Positions 15,852-28,060 are shown, counted from the stretch's first letter. The stretch is DNA of 64,000 nt from Selaginella moellendorffii (GCF_000143415.4 NW_003314371.1:410788-474787), one strand, 5' to 3'. Program-made: numbers and translations. Notes: a model not told the origin generated them from the sequence alone.

Positions 15852-18639
15852 TTAGTGAGTGACAGGCTCACTCCGCGGGAAGCTGGCCGTGCTCATGTCA
15901 AACCAATTCGAATGGCAGTCGTGCGCGAGGCTCTGCAGGAAAAAATCGTTTAGTTCTATCATCAACCTTCTGTAGGGATACCTGAGCCTGGGATCTAAAG
16001 TACATGAATGGAGTGAATCGAAGAAAATTTGAGACTCGAGAAGTATAGATATCTGCGTACCTGTCAAAGAAGAAACATAAGAACTGGAGAGAGAGAGACG
16101 AAATGAGCTTACTTCTCGATTTGTCTCATAAGATGGCTTTTGTCCCACAATCCAGCTCTGGAGAGGTAACCCCATCTAAAACGAGCGGTCATTAGCAGAG
16201 AAACGAAGACGGATGAAAAGTAAGCAAACCTTTTGTTGAAGTACTCTCCATCTGCCTCGAGCATTGGCGCAATCTTCTGATCGATGCGAGTCATTAGGAC
16301 GAGCAAGTTTTGCATACTATCAGCCAGTTCGTCAGTGTCCATCGTCGTCGCGGCATTCGTCTACAGAGAAACAAAATCTCGGTTTGAAAGTTTCCAGCTC
16401 AAACATCTGCACAGACCTGTGCTTCACGTCCGCTATTACGGCGCTGAAGCGCAAGGCGGAGCTGATTGAAAACATCGCCTACAACTTCTTTTTGGTTCAT
16501 GAGCTCGATGAGCTTCGCTCTATGGTCTTTACCGTATGCCAAGGCATTCACCTGGGTCCAAAACAAGTACAGGTAAGAGATTGAGAAAACGCATTTTCAC
16601 CTCCTTTTCGAGCTCGGAACAAATGAGAGCAGTCCTCCACCGAAGGTGAACCTTGGATTGACTAACGTCAGTGTAGATATGGTCTCCAACGTAGAGCGTC
16701 TCGTCGCCGTGGACACCGAGAGCTTGCTCCACCATTTGCGCGCTACCACCACAATACAAACCACCTATAAGGCAAGCCGGAAATTCATACATAGCACTGA
16801 ACCAGAGTAGTACCTGGGTTTGCTTTGAAACATGGACGCATCAAGCCATCCTTGGTAACGATCTCGTACAAGGGATGTGACATTTGGAAAAACTCTGGCT
16901 TTCTCGCGGACACAATCACCTGTAAGCTTCCAAGGACAGAAATCAGAATAAAAAAGGTACATTGTATGTTACCATGTCAAATAGATCCCTCCAGTCCATG
17001 TTATTAGGAAGAAACTGATTGTAAGCGTACTGCATCATTTTGCTAGTGTATTGATAGTCCGAGTTTGTGATTAGAAGAAGCTTTTTTCCTGCCTGAAATG
17101 GCACGAGAATAAGTAAAATGTAAGAAAAAGCGAAAGAGCTTATCACGTAAATATGTTTCACCTCTCTTTGATCCAAGAGTGTCAAGGGAAGCTCAGCATC
17201 AGGCTCTACAAAACGCTCTGGCTCGTTAACTATTTCAGCCTGCATGCTTGAAATGTGTGAGAAAAATAATCCCGAGTCAACTACTCACAGCACCTTCAAT
17301 CTTCCTTCTACGTGAGCTCTGAAAAGGGCTTTCGCCACAACTTTGTAGAGGCTGTTGTAATCCAAGGGTCCAAGCTGTGGTGGTATAGCACCCTCATCCA
17401 ATCTGTCAACCATCTGCACGATCAATCACACTCTTGTAACAAGAAACAAACAAACAACGATTCCCGCGAACCTGCATGTACATTACAGCCTCCGATACCG
17501 AGAACAGTGTGTTTAGAAACTCCCATCTGTTCTCGTTACGTAAGTCTACAAGCTCACGGCCATAGATTTCACTGCACCGAGGAATACAAGAACTCGAATC
17601 ACTCTTGACGGAAACGAGAATCAATTACCTTATCGTGCGATTGGAAACCATTCTAGTCCCATGCATTGCTCTCTTTACGTAGCCAAATCGGTCGGCCTTC
17701 ACGAGATTTCCCTTTTCCTTGTCCATGATAAGGCCTCGTATAACCTGGCCAGTTTAAAAGAATGTGAAAAACTCACGACAGCTACACAGAATACCAGCTC
17801 CGGGTCAAACTTCAGCCCATCTACTGGGTACCCCATGCTTCTCAAATTGTCCATACCATACTTGTATGCTCTCCCTTCCCAAGCCTGCAAGAAAGAGAGT
17901 TTCGAGAGAAATAAAAATCACAGGAGAGAAAGAACTTACATTGACATTATACTGAATCAAAGTGTAGTCCATGTCGTAGCCAATTGCTGCGATGGAGCGA
18001 AGATTTAATGTCCTGCTACAGAAAATTCCTCGTGACGCTATTCCATGAGGATACTGTGCCTGTCAATAGAAAAGAAGAAAGAGTCTGTAAAAGAAGTAAA
18101 TCTATCAGGAGAAACAAGAGAAAAAAAAAAAAAAAAGTTCATCAAAAACATACTGGAACATTTAGTTCTTCCAGAAGGCATTCTGCCTCGCGTGCTTCTT
18201 CTCTTGCGAGTTCTTCAATTGATCCGGGAGCCAGATCTACGCTTCCTGATAGAATAGAAAAACTACATTGTTAACAAATACTAGAGAATATAAACAGCGG
18301 GAGAACGATACCAAGATCTTCACGCTTGACGGTCATGTCTCCCATCGTGCTCTCGCCCAGATAATCAATGTCGAACTTGCTATCGCTCGAGTTCCTCACG
18401 ACATCAAACTTATCGGCAACTTGCTCTCTTTTCCTACTCCCATTGCGCCTAGGACTACGATCATCATCCACGGTATTCTCATTCCCGCCCTTGGTCACCG
18501 ACAAGACCCTCAGCTGAGCCAATGATCCCCTCCGGCTGGAAATCGGGGCCAAAATCCCACTCCTAGAGCTGCCGGAGCCATGATTCTTGGCGAAGACAAT
18601 CGCGCCGACGACGCCCATTCTAGAATCGCGCATTGCCAT
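15852..18639 (-). CDS. HAD-superfamily IG 5'-nucleotidase (NT5C2/NT5DC-like) with a probable plastid transit peptide, multi-exon
   Basis: HAD motif I GYDMDYTL; LLITNSDY; SARKPEFF; YVGDHIYTDV; WRTALI; YADIYTSRVSNF; Ser/Arg-rich N-terminus. Confidence 0.92.
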
Positions 18640-18812
18640 ACCTCAAAAGCCCCGATTCGTCGCCGAGACCTCGCGTTGCCCCAGGCGATGCCGAGAGCGC
18701 GAAGGACGAATCCTCTCCTCGCTCGATCGATTCTTTTGAGTGGGGCCAGTCACAGCCGTCGGATCGCAACCAACGGCAGCGATCTTCTCATCCATACCAT
18801 ATATATATCGTC

Positions 18813-18848
18813 AAACCCTTAGGGCAAGGGCTAGGGCTAGGGCAAGGG
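18813..18848 (+). promoter_or_regulatory. Telo-box-like element and G-quadruplex-forming repeat in the bidirectional promoter/5'UTR of RPL41
   Basis: aaacccttagggcaagggctagggctagggcaaggg: five GGG runs with 3-nt loops, directly after a TATATATA (~18799-18808). Confidence 0.6.
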
Positions 18849-18896
18849 TCCATTTGAGCTTTTGCGGCGCAGGGAGCGAGAAGCGAGCGAGCAAGG

Positions 18897-19040
18897 ATGA
18901 GGGCAAAGGTATGTCGCGCTAGAGATTCTTCTTTGCTCTAGATTCTTCTCTGAATCGCTTGTGTGCATTTCCAGTGGAAGAAGAAACGCATGAGGCGGCT
19001 CAAGCGCAAGCGCCGAAAGATGAGACAGAGATCCAAGTAG
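18897..19040 (+). CDS. RPL41: Ribosomal protein L41 (eL41/eS32), 25 aa; exons 18897-18908, 18975-19040
   Basis: ATGAGGGCAAAG|gt...cag|TGGAAG...AAGTAG splices to [25 protein letters not shown], the canonical plant L41 peptide; too short for the ORF track. Confidence 0.97.
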
Positions 19041-19206
19041 GAGGAGGGACGAGCCCGCGCCCGGTGAGTGCCAAGAGTGTCCACCCTTGGCACAAATCTT
19101 AGTAAAAGGTGTGGCGACATTCCTCCCGTTTTTCCTTTCTTCCAAGTCAAATGTATTCGAGGCTGTGAGCTCCATTTCAGTAAAATCTCACTTGATCTCG
19201 TTCATT

Positions 19207-19370
19207 GATCGATCGATTTGGTTCTTCAATTCTGATAGATTAACAAATTTCTGTTACAAGGAAACTATGCCCGTTCCATTAATGCGGATTTAGAGCTCAA
19301 AAAGATAAGCTAAGATCGATCGATTTGGTTCGATTCTGATAGATTCACAAAAATTTCTGTTTCAAGGAAA
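19207..19370. repeat. ~60-bp imperfect direct repeat (2 copies) between convergent RPL41 and LRR genes
   Basis: gatcgatcgatttggtt..attctgatagatt.acaaa..tttctgtt.caaggaaa at ~19207 and ~19314. Confidence 0.8.
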
Positions 19371-19447
19371 GTAAAGAGTCTACTCAAAAGAACATACGGC
19401 TTTCTATACGGCCGTAGAAATCTTAAAATACGAAGAGATCTCTCATT

Positions 19448-20890
19448 TTATATTAGTTCTAGCAACACAACGACCATCGCCAAAACCAATGCACGAAACC
19501 TCCAATGATTTCCGAGAAGAGAGGAAGAACTTTCTTGCCGGGAAGAAGCAGCGTCCCACCCCAACACCGACGGCGACGACGACAACGAAGAGCCATCGTC
19601 CTCGCACTTGGCGATGCCGAACGAATTGAGATCATCCAAGGCATCGTTTCTCTTGTCGTCGATCAATACATGGCAGAGCCCGGAGTTGTTCTTGACGACC
19701 AAGTTCCTCCCCAGCCGGCTAAAGAACTGGCGCGAGAAGGGGAGCTTCCCGGAGAGCCGGTTGGAGCTGAGATTGAGATGATAGAGCGCGCTCAATCCGG
19801 CCAGAGACGCCGGGACGCCGCCGCTCAGGAAATTCCCATCCAGCGCTAGGGAATTCAATCGCGGCAGCGAGCCAATGCTGTCTGGAATAGGCCCCGAGAG
19901 CCCGGAGCCCGATAGCGCCACCATCTCCAGCCCCCTGAGATTGCCCAGGAAGCCTGGAACACCGCCACCTAGCAGAGGATTCCCGCGCATGAAAAGATTT
20001 TCCAGTCCGGCTAGCGCCGCCATCGATCCGGGGATGCCACCGCTGAGATTGTTGTAGCTCAAGTCGAGGAATCGCAGAGGACTGGTGGAGCTGGGTAGAA
20101 CAAGACCGCCCTGGATGCGATTCGAGCTCAAATCCATCTTCTCCAAGCTGGGAAGAGAGCCCACCTCGGGCGGGAAGGGGCCGGAGAGATCGTTGGAACT
20201 AAGATCCAGGATCATGAGCTTCGAGAGCCCGCCTAGGCTGGCGGGAATGCTACCAGAGAGAAGATTGTGGCTGAGAACAAGCTGCTTGAGATTGACAAGG
20301 CGCCCAATCTCCGTTGGGATTGATCCAACGAGACGATTCTCCGTGAGGACGAGGCGCTCCAGGGATGTGAGGTTGCCCAGCTGAGGCGGGATCTCTTCGG
20401 TTAGCGCACTGTTGTCCTGGAAAGTGAGATGGAGGAGTGACTTGAGCTGCGAGACCTCGGGCGGGATGCCCATGGGCTTGCCGAAGAAGCACTGATAGAA
20501 GAAGAGCTTGCGGAGACGCGAGAATTTGAGGATGGATCTGTGGATGGTGGCATTAGCGGCGCATGGGGGATTGTTGACGCTGTCCGACACCCAACCAAGA
20601 TTGAGCTCCACGACGCGAAGCTTGCCATCGTCGGAGAGGTCGCAATTCACGCCGTGTGGGCCGCCAGTGCAGGGATTGTCGCCCGGGAAGAGCGCCCTCC
20701 AATCGATCTCGCTATTGATCGCGCCCAGGACGTCGAAGACCGCCTTGGCCTCCTCGGCGTCCATAGCCGGATCTTCGTTCACTGCTGCGTAGTCCAGTGA
20801 TGATCCCCCATCGCTGCGAATCGAGGAGACTGACAGAGCGAGGACTAGATAGAACAGGAGTGATCTTTCGAGTAGGACGATGGAACCCAT
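19448..20890 (-). CDS. Extracellular LRR receptor-like protein, RLP29/PII-2/TMM group, intronless
   Basis: Signal peptide; N-cap ..NPPC..NAT....LRKLFFYQCF; about 10 plant LRRs (LxxLxLsxNxLsGxIP); Ser-rich spacer and hydrophobic C-terminus (TM or GPI); no kinase domain. Confidence 0.9.
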   Translation of the reverse strand: MGSIVLLERSLLFYLVLALSVSSIRSDGGSSLDYAAVNEDPAMDAEEAKAVFDVLGAINSEIDWRALFPGDNPCTGGPHGVNCDLSDDGKLRVVELNLGWVSDSVNNPPCAANATIHRSILKFSRLRKLFFYQCFFGKPMGIPPEVSQLKSLLHLTFQDNSALTEEIPPQLGNLTSLERLVLTENRLVGSIPTEIGRLVNLKQLVLSHNLLSGSIPASLGGLSKLMILDLSSNDLSGPFPPEVGSLPSLEKMDLSSNRIQGGLVLPSSTSPLRFLDLSYNNLSGGIPGSMAALAGLENLFMRGNPLLGGGVPGFLGNLRGLEMVALSGSGLSGPIPDSIGSLPRLNSLALDGNFLSGGVPASLAGLSALYHLNLSSNRLSGKLPFSRQFFSRLGRNLVVKNNSGLCHVLIDDKRNDALDDLNSFGIAKCEDDGSSLSSSPSVLGWDAASSRQESSSSLLGNHWRFRALVLAMVVVLLELI

Positions 20891-23088
20891 TTTACTTTCT
20901 TTTTTCTCTCCTTCTCGCGATTCGCTTGGACGGTACTACGCAACAACAGCACCCAAGCAAAAGAGGAAGGGAATGTCCCGCGATTGGGGAACAGCGCGAT
21001 CCAACACGCGAGAGTGGTAGGGGAGCGTTATTAGAAAAATCGCTTTTTTACGCTCAAAAGGGGCAAACGACGCGAGCCCTGCTGATGGGCAGCGCGGATC
21101 TTTCGTGCTCGAAGTAGAAATGCGAAGAAGGATAGGAGGATACCATCGCGCGAGAGGGAGAAAGAGAGGATTACACACTGCTGGCAACCCAAAACGGACG
21201 ATCAAGGGCTCGTTAAAAGCTTATCCCTGCAAGGAATTCCCCTGGTTGCAGAGAAATCGTCCGGTCAGACGGATCGGTGAATCAAAAAAGGGGGAAAGAA
21301 AGAGAGGAAAAAAGAGGAAGACAAAAGCTCTTTCGATCGATCATTCATCACCTGTTTGATGTGCTGGGTTTGAAAGCCACACGCATGCCGGCCAGGACCA
21401 TTGCCCAGCAGAGCACAGGCCAGGCTTTTTTAACACCTCCTCGCAGCTTTGCTCTGTCCCTTCCTTCGTCTTCCTCGCTCTGAACACACTGGTCCCCAAA
21501 AGGAGGGAAGAAAGCAAAAAAAAATCCAACCGAAAACTCAATGCCCCCAAATCCGATGAGCGAGCGATTCACTGGAAGAGGGTTTTCGAATGCGCTCGCC
21601 CGAGCTCGCCAGATCGTTCTCTCTCTCGATCGCAAACTCGGCGCAGTGGTGTGGTGTTTTTACTGCCTCGTTGTGAAACGGGACTGGAGACCGTTAGGTT
21701 ATATCGCTGTGATAAAGGAGCGCGAATATTCCCAGAGGTTCGCGCCACCGTTTTCGATTTTGACTTGGACAATGACCCTGATCCGAGCTTTCCATTTTCA
21801 TCGCGTTAAATTACACACAAAACCATGTACTATGAGGGTATGGTTTTCTGGGCCCCCGTAATAGCGACCATGGCCATTCCGATACCAATCCAAACGTTTG
21901 ATTCTTACCACATTGGAGCATTTTCTCGAGAATATGTTCTCGAGGAGGTGGTAAAAAATCTCTTCCTTTACTTTTTTACTTTTGGTTTTGGATGGTTCTT
22001 GGGTTTCGATGCAAATCCGTCGCTGTAGCGGCATTCAAGCCTTGCCCTTTCGGGGCAGCAAATGCCAGCGAGCGGCATCAAGAAAACAGGGGCCACAGAG
22101 CCCACAATTACGCATTTTGCTTGTTCTCTCGCGCTCTCTGGGCCGCCCTGTTACCAGAGAACCCGAATTAAACACTCAAAATGGATCGCTCGCAGCACTC
22201 GACCCACACAAAAGAAGCCCTTGCGGATCATAAAAGTGATCTTCTTTCTGGTTTTAGAGCCTGGCCCGGGAAAACCTTTGAATGCAACGTAAGTTATCTC
22301 GCTCGCTCACTCGCAATCTCTGCGTGTCGATCTCCATGGCTTGAATGAGAGATCTTTAGAAGCGCCGTAGCGAAGTTTAAAAACGAAAGATATATATATA
22401 TATAAAAAACAAGGTGGTGGATCAATCAATCAAACAAAACAGCCCGTGACATACACCGCGCGATGAATGACAAATGCCCCGACTGGGCTTCTTGCGCAGG
22501 GATGGCGATGGGATTCAAGAATGGAATTTCTGCAACCGGCAAAAGAAACGTCTCGGTTGTCCCCCGCCGTCGGATGCGCGCGCGGGGCAGGACGGCGGAG
22601 ATGCCGCTGCACGGAAGCCGCAGGACAAATACCCCTCCATTTGCGCGCAGTAAATGCCAATGGATAGGTGACTGCGCTCCTAGACGTACGGAAGAATGAT
22701 TGATCGTTTTGTCACACAGCCCCATTCTTATCTTTCTTGCGTATACGAGATACAATAGGCTGGTTTTGCTTAGGCTTTAGGGATTCTTAGCGGATTTTTG
22801 GTTTTGCCGGAAGATTTTGCAAGGACGGTGGTGCATCCTCGAAAAGTTTTCCTCGCTTTGCTAGTTTAGGTTTCATAGCTGAAATAATCGACGCTGTGCT
22901 CGATCCGCCACACCGTCCTCGAAAACGAGGGGTGGAAGAGAGCGAAACGCAACGCCCGCGCGCGGCTTTAAAGGTGCATTGAGTACAGTAATTATCCTCT
23001 CCAATCACCACCACGCTATAGCTACGAGAGAGCTATTAGAAGATAAAGGTAGTGGAGTGGGGTGACTATTTGGGTCCATAGTAGCCTG

Positions 23089-23316
23089 CCTCGGTAAACG
23101 CCTGTGATGGCACTGTGACGGCAAATTCACGTGCCTATAAAATTATCCCAGACGCCGGTACACATTGCCGTCTGTAACGACATCAAAGAAAAGGGGCATA
23201 TTCTGGGCGGATCGGGACGGCCGGTAACGGCATATGCTTAAGCATGTCCAGCGCGGCGCCGACGGCGACGTTACCGGTCACCCGCCGTACGACCGGTCAA
23301 GCGCCGTTTTCCGAGG
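23089..23316. mobile_element. Possible MITE-like element with short terminal and nested inverted repeats
   Basis: cctcggtaaacg (23089) versus cgttttccgagg (23305-23316), 11/12 complementary; internal pairs gacggcaa/ttgccgtc and ccggtaacg/cgttaccgg. No clear TSD. Confidence 0.4.
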
Positions 23317-23446
23317 AATAAGCGAATTTTCCTCTTTAACGGATAACTGTGGGCTCCGCTTTATTTCGTGTGGTTTTAAGGATTACATTAGTTGTCACTG
23401 TGAGCTTGCTAATGTCTTTTGTGTATTCAGCCATTCTTTCACGGTC

Positions 23447-23546
23447 NNNNNNNNNNNNNNNNNNNNNNNNNNNNNNNNNNNNNNNNNNNNNNNNNNNNNN
23501 NNNNNNNNNNNNNNNNNNNNNNNNNNNNNNNNNNNNNNNNNNNNNN
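23447..23546. other. Assembly gap (100 N)
   Basis: Run of N characters. Confidence 1.
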
Positions 23547-24730
23547 TGATCAATAATTGTAAACATGTTTAATGTAAGATGGTAGTGTAAATTAAAATAT
23601 ACTAGAAAGTGTTTAGAAAAGTTTATAAGTTATGAATTTCTTTATAAATTATAAATATATGTTTAATCTAAATGAATAACAATCATTATATCCTTTACTT
23701 AAGTGAACTATAAATCCATTCCAGAAGACGAATCTCTTTACTCCATCCCCCAAATAAGATGCTTGAGAGGATCACTGTTGGTGCGTGGCCACTAGGTCTG
23801 CAGCCCATCTTTTTCGACCCAGATAACATTGTGATCAAATTGTATTCGAGAATTCTACCATCACAAAGGTACAAAGACCAGAAAAAGGTAAAAGAGGATT
23901 TGAAATTGCTCAACATAGGGGCCATGTTTCACGATGTGTTTGTCAAAAGGGGGGTCCGCCGGCAGACACGAATCATGATCAAAAACTTATAAGCGGCGGA
24001 ATAAATCAATCCAGCAACTACCAACCGTCTTGACTTGGGATCCAAGCACTGGATCAGAGATTCCAAAATCTATCCCCATTGTTCCCCATATCTTGAGGCC
24101 CAAGTATACTACAAGTAGCAAACGCTTCTTTTGTTGGCCACAATACGAACACCGAAGGAACAGTGACCCGGCAACTAGCGAAACAAAGCACTAGACTTTT
24201 TGCTTGCTTCTCACGAGATCAGTGAGTGTGTGAACTGAGCTGCAACACTGGAATGATGAACGCACCAGCTTTCCGGGAGAAAGCGTAATTCAAGAAAAGA
24301 TTCAAAGCGAAGTGTGCGTAACACCTGCATTCAAACCAAAACTCTTTCTTTTTCATCTCAATGTTTCTAGAGTATTTACCAAGAGACGTGAATTGCTAAA
24401 GGTCTCTGGCACGTCGAGAAGTTGCGATCATAATTTTTGTTTTTGCTACTAGTGGGATTGTCTCCAGTGGATCATGGGTTATAAAAAAGTCTCAAGTTCG
24501 TAGTGTGACGACCAGACGAGCACAGGAAGATTGCGAGGGAGTCAGTTTTGCGGTGAGACTTCTTCTCTTTTTTCTTCTCCTCCCGTGACTCCACTAGTGG
24601 AGCTTTCTCCGAGAATATTGTGGGCTTGCAGCTCATAAATCTTGTACAATCTTGACCAACTGCTGCTTCGATTCTACACGAGATCACGTTGTTTATAAGT
24701 CCTGTGCTTCGTGGATGCAGGCACAGGATC

Positions 24731-25703
24731 ATGGACTCCAAGCCGCTGCTCACTGCTCTCTCGATCTTCTTCCTGGTTTCTACAGCACTCCTTGCAAATG
24801 CCGATGCCAAGAAGCCGGGTGGCCACCACAAATATGGCAGAGGCGGGAGCCAAGGATCATGGCAATGGGGAGCCCACGCGACTTACTACGGTGGGAGCGA
24901 CGCATCTGGGACAAACAGTACGATCCAATTCTCTCCACTCCTTGATCTTGATCTTATTCACGAGCTTATATACTCCCTCTCGACAAAATCTGGTTTTGCA
25001 GATGGAGCTTGCGGCTATGGAAACCAGCTGAGCGCCGGCTATGGAACCATCACCACTGCTCTAAGCACCCCTCTCTTCCGCGGGGGCAATGTGTGTGGAG
25101 CCTGCTACCAAGTCCGGTGCTGGGGCGATCCAGCGTGCCTCCCGGGAAATCCCTCCGTCGTCGTCACCGCCACCAATCTCTGCCCACCGGGGAGCAATGG
25201 CGGCTGGTGTGATCCGCCCAAGCCCCACTTTGATCTCTCGCAGCCGGCATTTTCTCGCATCGCCAGGATCCCCAACGGCCACGCCCAGATCCAGTACCGA
25301 AGGTAAACCAACTTTCTTCCTCGATCGCTTGCAGGAGCGATCTTGGTTTGATCGGATGGATTCTGATCCAATGCTCCATCGATCCAGGGTCAAGTGCCAG
25401 CGGCAGGGAGGGATTCGCTTCACGATCAATGGCCACACTTACTTCAATCTGGTGCTCGTCACGAACGTGGGCGGCATGGGCGACGTCGTGGGCGTGTCGA
25501 TCAAGGGATCTAGCAGCGGCTGGCGATCCATGAGCCGGAACTGGGGCCAGAACTGGGAGGAGGGAAGCAATCTCAATGGCCAGGCGCTCTCCTTCCGCGT
25601 CACCACCAGCGATGGCAGGACCGTCACCGCCTACAATGTCGCGCCCGGGGACTGGCAATTCGGGAGAACTTACACTGGCAACACCGCCTCGCAGTACTAC
25701 TGA
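24731..25703 (+). CDS. EXPA: Alpha-expansin 3; exons 24731-24917, 25002-25302, 25388-25703
   Basis: Signal peptide, basic His/Gly N-terminal extension [32 protein letters not shown] motif and RNWGQNW. Confidence 0.95.
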
Positions 25704-25845
25704 TCGATCCCAAAGCTCTCGATTGATCGATCGAGAGATAGAGCTTATATCCCCTGTTTTTTTTTGTTTGAGCTGAGCTGAGCTGAGGTGAAAATTTCTT
25801 CTCTCACCCGCTGCTCTACAAGATCTTAATCTCTACTATGATAGA

Positions 25846-28056
25846 ATGTATCAATCCAAATGCCTGGAGCGCATGGAATCCTGCAAGAGCCTGGGCGAGG
25901 GCGAGGAGCTCCACGCCCAGATCCTCGGCAACAAATTCCTCGCCGCGGATGCCTTCGTGGCCAACAAGCTGATCGAGATGTATGGGCGGCTCGGCAGCAC
26001 CAGGAGGGCGCGGGAGGTGTTCGAGCGCATGGGCGAGGACAGGAACTCCTTCTCGTGGGTGATCATCCTCTCAGCATACTCCAAGACCGGGCAAGTGGAA
26101 GAGGCCAAGCAGCTGTTCGATGCGATGCCGGATCGGTGCCCAGTGTCGTGGAACGCGATGCTGGGCGTGTTTACGAAGAATTCTCGGCTTCGCGAGGCCA
26201 AGGAGGTGTTCGATAGAATGCCGGAGTGGACGTATGTCTCGTGGACCGCCATCTTTGCAGCATATGCCAAGCACGGGCACTTTGCAGAAGCGAAAACGAT
26301 CTTTGATGCTATGCCGCAGAGGAACATTATTTCGTGGACTGCCATGCTAGCTGCGTACTGTCAATCTGGGCAGTTTTCCGAAGCACGAAAGTGTTTTGAT
26401 CGCATGCCGGAGCACGATCTCTTCGTGTGGAACACAATGGTTACAGCACTTGCCGCTAACGGGCATCTTGCGAATGCCAAAGAGATCTTCTACTCCATGC
26501 CTGATCGCAACCTCGTCTCCTGGAACGCAGTCTTGACTGCGAGCACGCACCACGGAGAGCTACGAGACTCCAAGTCTTTGTTCGACGCGATGCCGCAGCG
26601 CGATCTTGTCTCCTGGACCGCAATGCTCGCCATGTTTGCCCGTGCTGGGCATCTTGAGAAAGCGCTAGTGATCTTCCACTCGATGCCGGCGAGGGACAGG
26701 ATTGCGTGGAACGTGATGCTCTCGTCGGCCTCCAAGAACGGGGAGCTCGAGGAATCCAAGCGCTTGTTTGATTCCATGCCGCAGCGCGATCACGTCTCCT
26801 GGAACGCTATGCTCGGGGCCTACGCTCACAATGGCCACTGGGACGAGGCCGTGGCGCTCTTCTCCGCCATGCCCGAATGGGATCTCATCTCCTCCACGGC
26901 CGTGCTCTGCGAGTACGCCCATCGCGGCATGATCCATCACGCGAGGACGGTGTTTGATCGCATGCCCGAGCGCGATCTCACCTGCTGGAACGCGATGCTG
27001 GGCGCCTACGCCCAGAACGGCCACGCCCACGCCGCCAAGAAGCTCTTTCTTGATCTGCCCGAGTCGAACCTCGTCTCGTGCAACATCATGCTGGCGATGC
27101 ACGCCGAGGAGGGCTCGGTGGACGAGGCGAGGCGGATCTTTCACCGGATGCCGGAGCTCAATCTCGTGTCCGAGAACGCGATGCTCACCGCGCTCGGCGA
27201 GAGCGGCCACATCCTCGAGTCGCGGGTGATCTTTGAGGGGATGCCGCAGAGGAACAATGTGAGCTGGAATGCGATGCTGAGCACCTATGCCCGTAACGGG
27301 CATCTTGATGAGGCTTGGCATATCTTTGACTGGATGCCGGAACGCGATGTTATTTCCTGGAACTCAATCCTCTCAGCAAATGCCCAAAGCGGGCATCTGG
27401 AACATACGAAGTTTCTGTTTGATACAATGCCTGTGCAGGGCTTGGTTGCAGTAACCACCATGCTAACAAGTTACGGGCAAAGTGGTCGTGTCACGGCGTC
27501 CAAGAAAATATTTGATCAAATGCCAGATAAAGATCCAATTGCCTGGAACGCCATGATTTCGGCTTATGCGCATAACGGGCATTTTCAAAACGCGCTGGAT
27601 CTTTATGGTGCGATCAAGGTTGAAGAGGAGAGACCGGACGATCGTTGCTTCACCTTGGTTCTTCTCGTGTGTGGACGCACTGGAAAGGTTTGGGATGGCT
27701 TGCGTTGCTTCGCGGAGATGGTGGTCGATTATGGGATCGTTGCAAACAAGCTCCAGTACCGATGTATGATCGATCTCTTGAGCAGGGCCGGGCATCTGAG
27801 GGAGGCGGAGGAGCTTATCGCGAGCATGCCATTCGAGGCGGAGGTGATGGACTGGCGATGTTTGCTGGGTGCATCGACGAGCTACAGCAATTTGGAACAT
27901 GGTGCTCACGCAGCTAAGGCTCTCTTGGGTGGCCAAAACGAAGATTCAGCCGCCTATGTCCTCCTTGCGAACATGTATGCGATGAAAAATGGAGTGCCCA
28001 GGAAAAGTATAAACATCTCGAAGAGGAGAAGAAGGTCGGCTGAGAGTTTGCGATGA
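25846..28056 (+). CDS. PPR protein (PLS class, mostly short ~31-aa motifs) with E domain and no DYW; putative organellar RNA-editing specificity factor
   Basis: About 18 repeats of F..MP.R..VSWN.ML.AYA..G; E1/E2 motif CMIDLLSRAGHL.EAEELIASMPF....W..LLGAS; intronless 736 aa. Confidence 0.95.
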   Translation: MYQSKCLERMESCKSLGEGEELHAQILGNKFLAADAFVANKLIEMYGRLGSTRRAREVFERMGEDRNSFSWVIILSAYSKTGQVEEAKQLFDAMPDRCPVSWNAMLGVFTKNSRLREAKEVFDRMPEWTYVSWTAIFAAYAKHGHFAEAKTIFDAMPQRNIISWTAMLAAYCQSGQFSEARKCFDRMPEHDLFVWNTMVTALAANGHLANAKEIFYSMPDRNLVSWNAVLTASTHHGELRDSKSLFDAMPQRDLVSWTAMLAMFARAGHLEKALVIFHSMPARDRIAWNVMLSSASKNGELEESKRLFDSMPQRDHVSWNAMLGAYAHNGHWDEAVALFSAMPEWDLISSTAVLCEYAHRGMIHHARTVFDRMPERDLTCWNAMLGAYAQNGHAHAAKKLFLDLPESNLVSCNIMLAMHAEEGSVDEARRIFHRMPELNLVSENAMLTALGESGHILESRVIFEGMPQRNNVSWNAMLSTYARNGHLDEAWHIFDWMPERDVISWNSILSANAQSGHLEHTKFLFDTMPVQGLVAVTTMLTSYGQSGRVTASKKIFDQMPDKDPIAWNAMISAYAHNGHFQNALDLYGAIKVEEERPDDRCFTLVLLVCGRTGKVWDGLRCFAEMVVDYGIVANKLQYRCMIDLLSRAGHLREAEELIASMPFEAEVMDWRCLLGASTSYSNLEHGAHAAKALLGGQNEDSAAYVLLANMYAMKNGVPRKSINISKRRRRSAESLR

Positions 28057-28060
28057 GGCG

